NCBI GenBank assembly: GCA_013239625.1
Contig: MU054391.1
Location: forward strand, 6,593,824-6,657,823
Source: Lama guanicoe
Taxonomy: Eukaryota
Direction: 5' to 3'
DNA length: 64,000 nucleotides
The position numbers were made by a program, and so were the translations under genes. This document shows, piece by piece, positions 62,040 through 64,000 of the stretch (within the stretch, counting starts at the first letter, position 1; each line of letters starts with the position of its first letter). The notes beneath the pieces are model-generated. The model had not been told where the DNA came from, did not search any database, and worked only from the letters and a program-made list of their open reading frames with translations.

Positions 62040-64000
62040 GATGCTTCAGGTGTGCTCACCTCTGATCCCACGCCCCTGTCTCCCTCCTCCAGACACCCGC
62101 CGCCTGTCTTCTCTGCCGGCCTTCTCTGTTCTTTACTGTTTCACTACATGCATGTTTCTGTACTTTTTGAGATTTGCATGGTTTTGAGTTTTATAAAAAT
62201 GATATCATGCTTTGTGTATTCTCCTGTGAATGACATATCTTGCCCCCAACTGGGTCAGATTTATGCATGTTGGTGCCTGCAGCAAACGGTGAGTTCATTT
62301 TCACTGCATGTGACATTCAATATTGTATAAAAATGCCACAATTTATTTATTCACTCTTGTCGTGGACATCTGCATTTTCTCCAGTGATTTTTTTTTTTTC
62401 AAATCCATGTCACGGTGAAAATTCTTATATGTTTCCTGGTGCTCATGTGGAAGGTTTTTGTCGGTTGGTTGGTTTTTTTGTTTTCTTCTCTGGGAATAGA
62501 CAGAGTGGAATTGCTGGATCTTTGGGTTTATGCATCTTCAGCTTTATTAAAAAGAGTCACATTTTCCCCCAAGTGATCTTACCATTTTTAGCCTGTACCA
62601 GCAGCAAAAAGAGTTGTTTCACATTTTTGCTAATACTTTATCTTATCAGACCTTATTTTTTTGTCAGTGGGGCAGGGTATTAGGTGATAGTCCACCCTAG
62701 TTTGCATTTACATTCCTTTATTTACTAATGTGTTGGTTGAGCCTCTTTCCATATCTTAATTGGCTATCTGTGCTTCCTCCTGTGAAAAATACTTGTCTTT
62801 TGTAGTTTTTTTTTTTTGTATTAGGTAGCTTGGTTTTGTCTTATTAGAATTATCTATATATGCCAGATCTTTTGTCAGTTATGTGTTAAAAATATCTTCT
62901 GATGATTTGTGACTTATCTTTTTAATTTCTTTACAGTGTTTAGATGAACGACATTATTGTAATCCCACCACATATATCAATCTTTTCCACTGGGATTTAA
63001 GTAAATCTCTCTATACCCTGGACCGTAAAAGTGTTCTCCCATGTCTTCCTCTCCAAGTTTTGACTTTAATACTGCAGTCTTTAATCCATTCAAAACTGAT
63101 TTTTGTAAAGGAGATGAAGTAAATGTCTGATTTCATTGTTTGCTGTATGGATAAGCAATTACCCCAACTCCACTCCCTTCACTGATTTTCACTGACCTTC
63201 ACTGACAGCTCTGTTAATATCATGTCCTCACACACAGGCAAGACTTTGGGAAGCCTCTCCATTCTGTTCCGTGAGCCCTGCTTGTCCATCTCTGAGTCAA
63301 CACAGAACTGCCTTAGTAGCCCTTGCTGTGTGATATCCTTGGAGATCCAGAGGGCAAGCCCCCCACCCCACCTCCATCTGGTTTTCCTCCAAAGAGTTCT
63401 TGACTGTTCTTAGTCCATTATTCTTCCATATTGATTTTAGAATAATCTTGTTGAGTTTAATTTTAAAATCCTACTGGAGTTTTCAAATTAAAATCACATT
63501 AAATCCATGGCTTAGTTTTGGGAGAATTCACATGTTTATGACAGTGAGTCTTTCTATCCATGAACCTGACGTATCTCTGGGTTTTCCAAAATGTCACTCA
63601 GTAAATTTTATCATTTTCTCCACAAAAATCATGCATATCTTTGTTAGATCTATTTATTTGTTTGTTTGTTTTTTATAGCTATGGTAAATGGTATTCTGTT
63701 TTAAATGACATTTTATCACTGTTTGATACGTGGCCTAAGGAAATATAATTTTTTAATTTAAAAAATAGTCTAGTATCTTATTGAACATTCTTATTAGTTC
63801 TTATAGTCTGTCTAATCTCTTGGATTTTCCACAAAGCTGTCATATCATCTGCAAAACAATGACAGCTGGTTTCTTCTTTTCCGGTCCTTAAAACTTCCAC
63901 TTCCTGCTCTTACTCCTCTGGCTAGAACTTCTTGTACCACATGAAATTATACTGTGGAGGTGGATATCATTGTGCTTTTTTTTTTTCCTGGGTTTTACCA
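62040..64000 (-). mobile_element. Old L1 (L1ME/MC-like) 3' UTR and ORF2, running off the window end
   Basis: 'gagtggaattgctggatc', 'ttcttccatattgattttagaataatcttg', 'catatcatctgcaaaacaatgacag...tggctagaacttc'. Confidence 0.85.

Noticed and set aside
94..63678. ORF track entries, including the longest (10328-10936, 13026-13634, 24571-25239)
   Set aside because: Low-complexity S/P/L/G/C/W-rich translations overlap in several frames and strands, with no recognisable domain or coherent exon chain. This is expected by chance in GC-rich mammalian DNA.
1..64000. CRISPR-like or regularly spaced repeat-spacer array; prokaryotic, viral or organellar insert
   Set aside because: No periodic repeat-spacer structure and no gene-dense or compositionally foreign segment was seen. 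Only microsatellites and dispersed mammalian repeats are present.

Overview
This window is mammalian non-coding genomic DNA, very probably camelid. It holds four copies of a tRNA-Ala(AGC)-derived SINE resembling the camelid Vic-1 family, and I recognised no Alu, B1, Bov-tA/BovB, PRE1 or Can-SINE copies. I found no credible protein-coding gene, functional RNA gene or CRISPR array. The ORF track is consistent with chance ORFs, apart from decayed L1 ORF2 fragments. The window is a mosaic of ancient repeats (MIR, L2, MLT1, LTR16/33-like, MER5/MER91-like, old L1/HAL1-like) and younger insertions (Vic-1-like SINEs, short L1 3' tails with target-site duplications (TSDs), two ERV1-type solo LTRs). Between them lie several repeat-free, motif-dense blocks that may be enhancers. 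Repeat family names come from recall of consensus sequences and many boundaries are approximate. I found no evidence for a novel biological system. The findings are modest leads: nested insertions, a probable SINE-associated deletion, candidate regulatory elements and local DNA structures.
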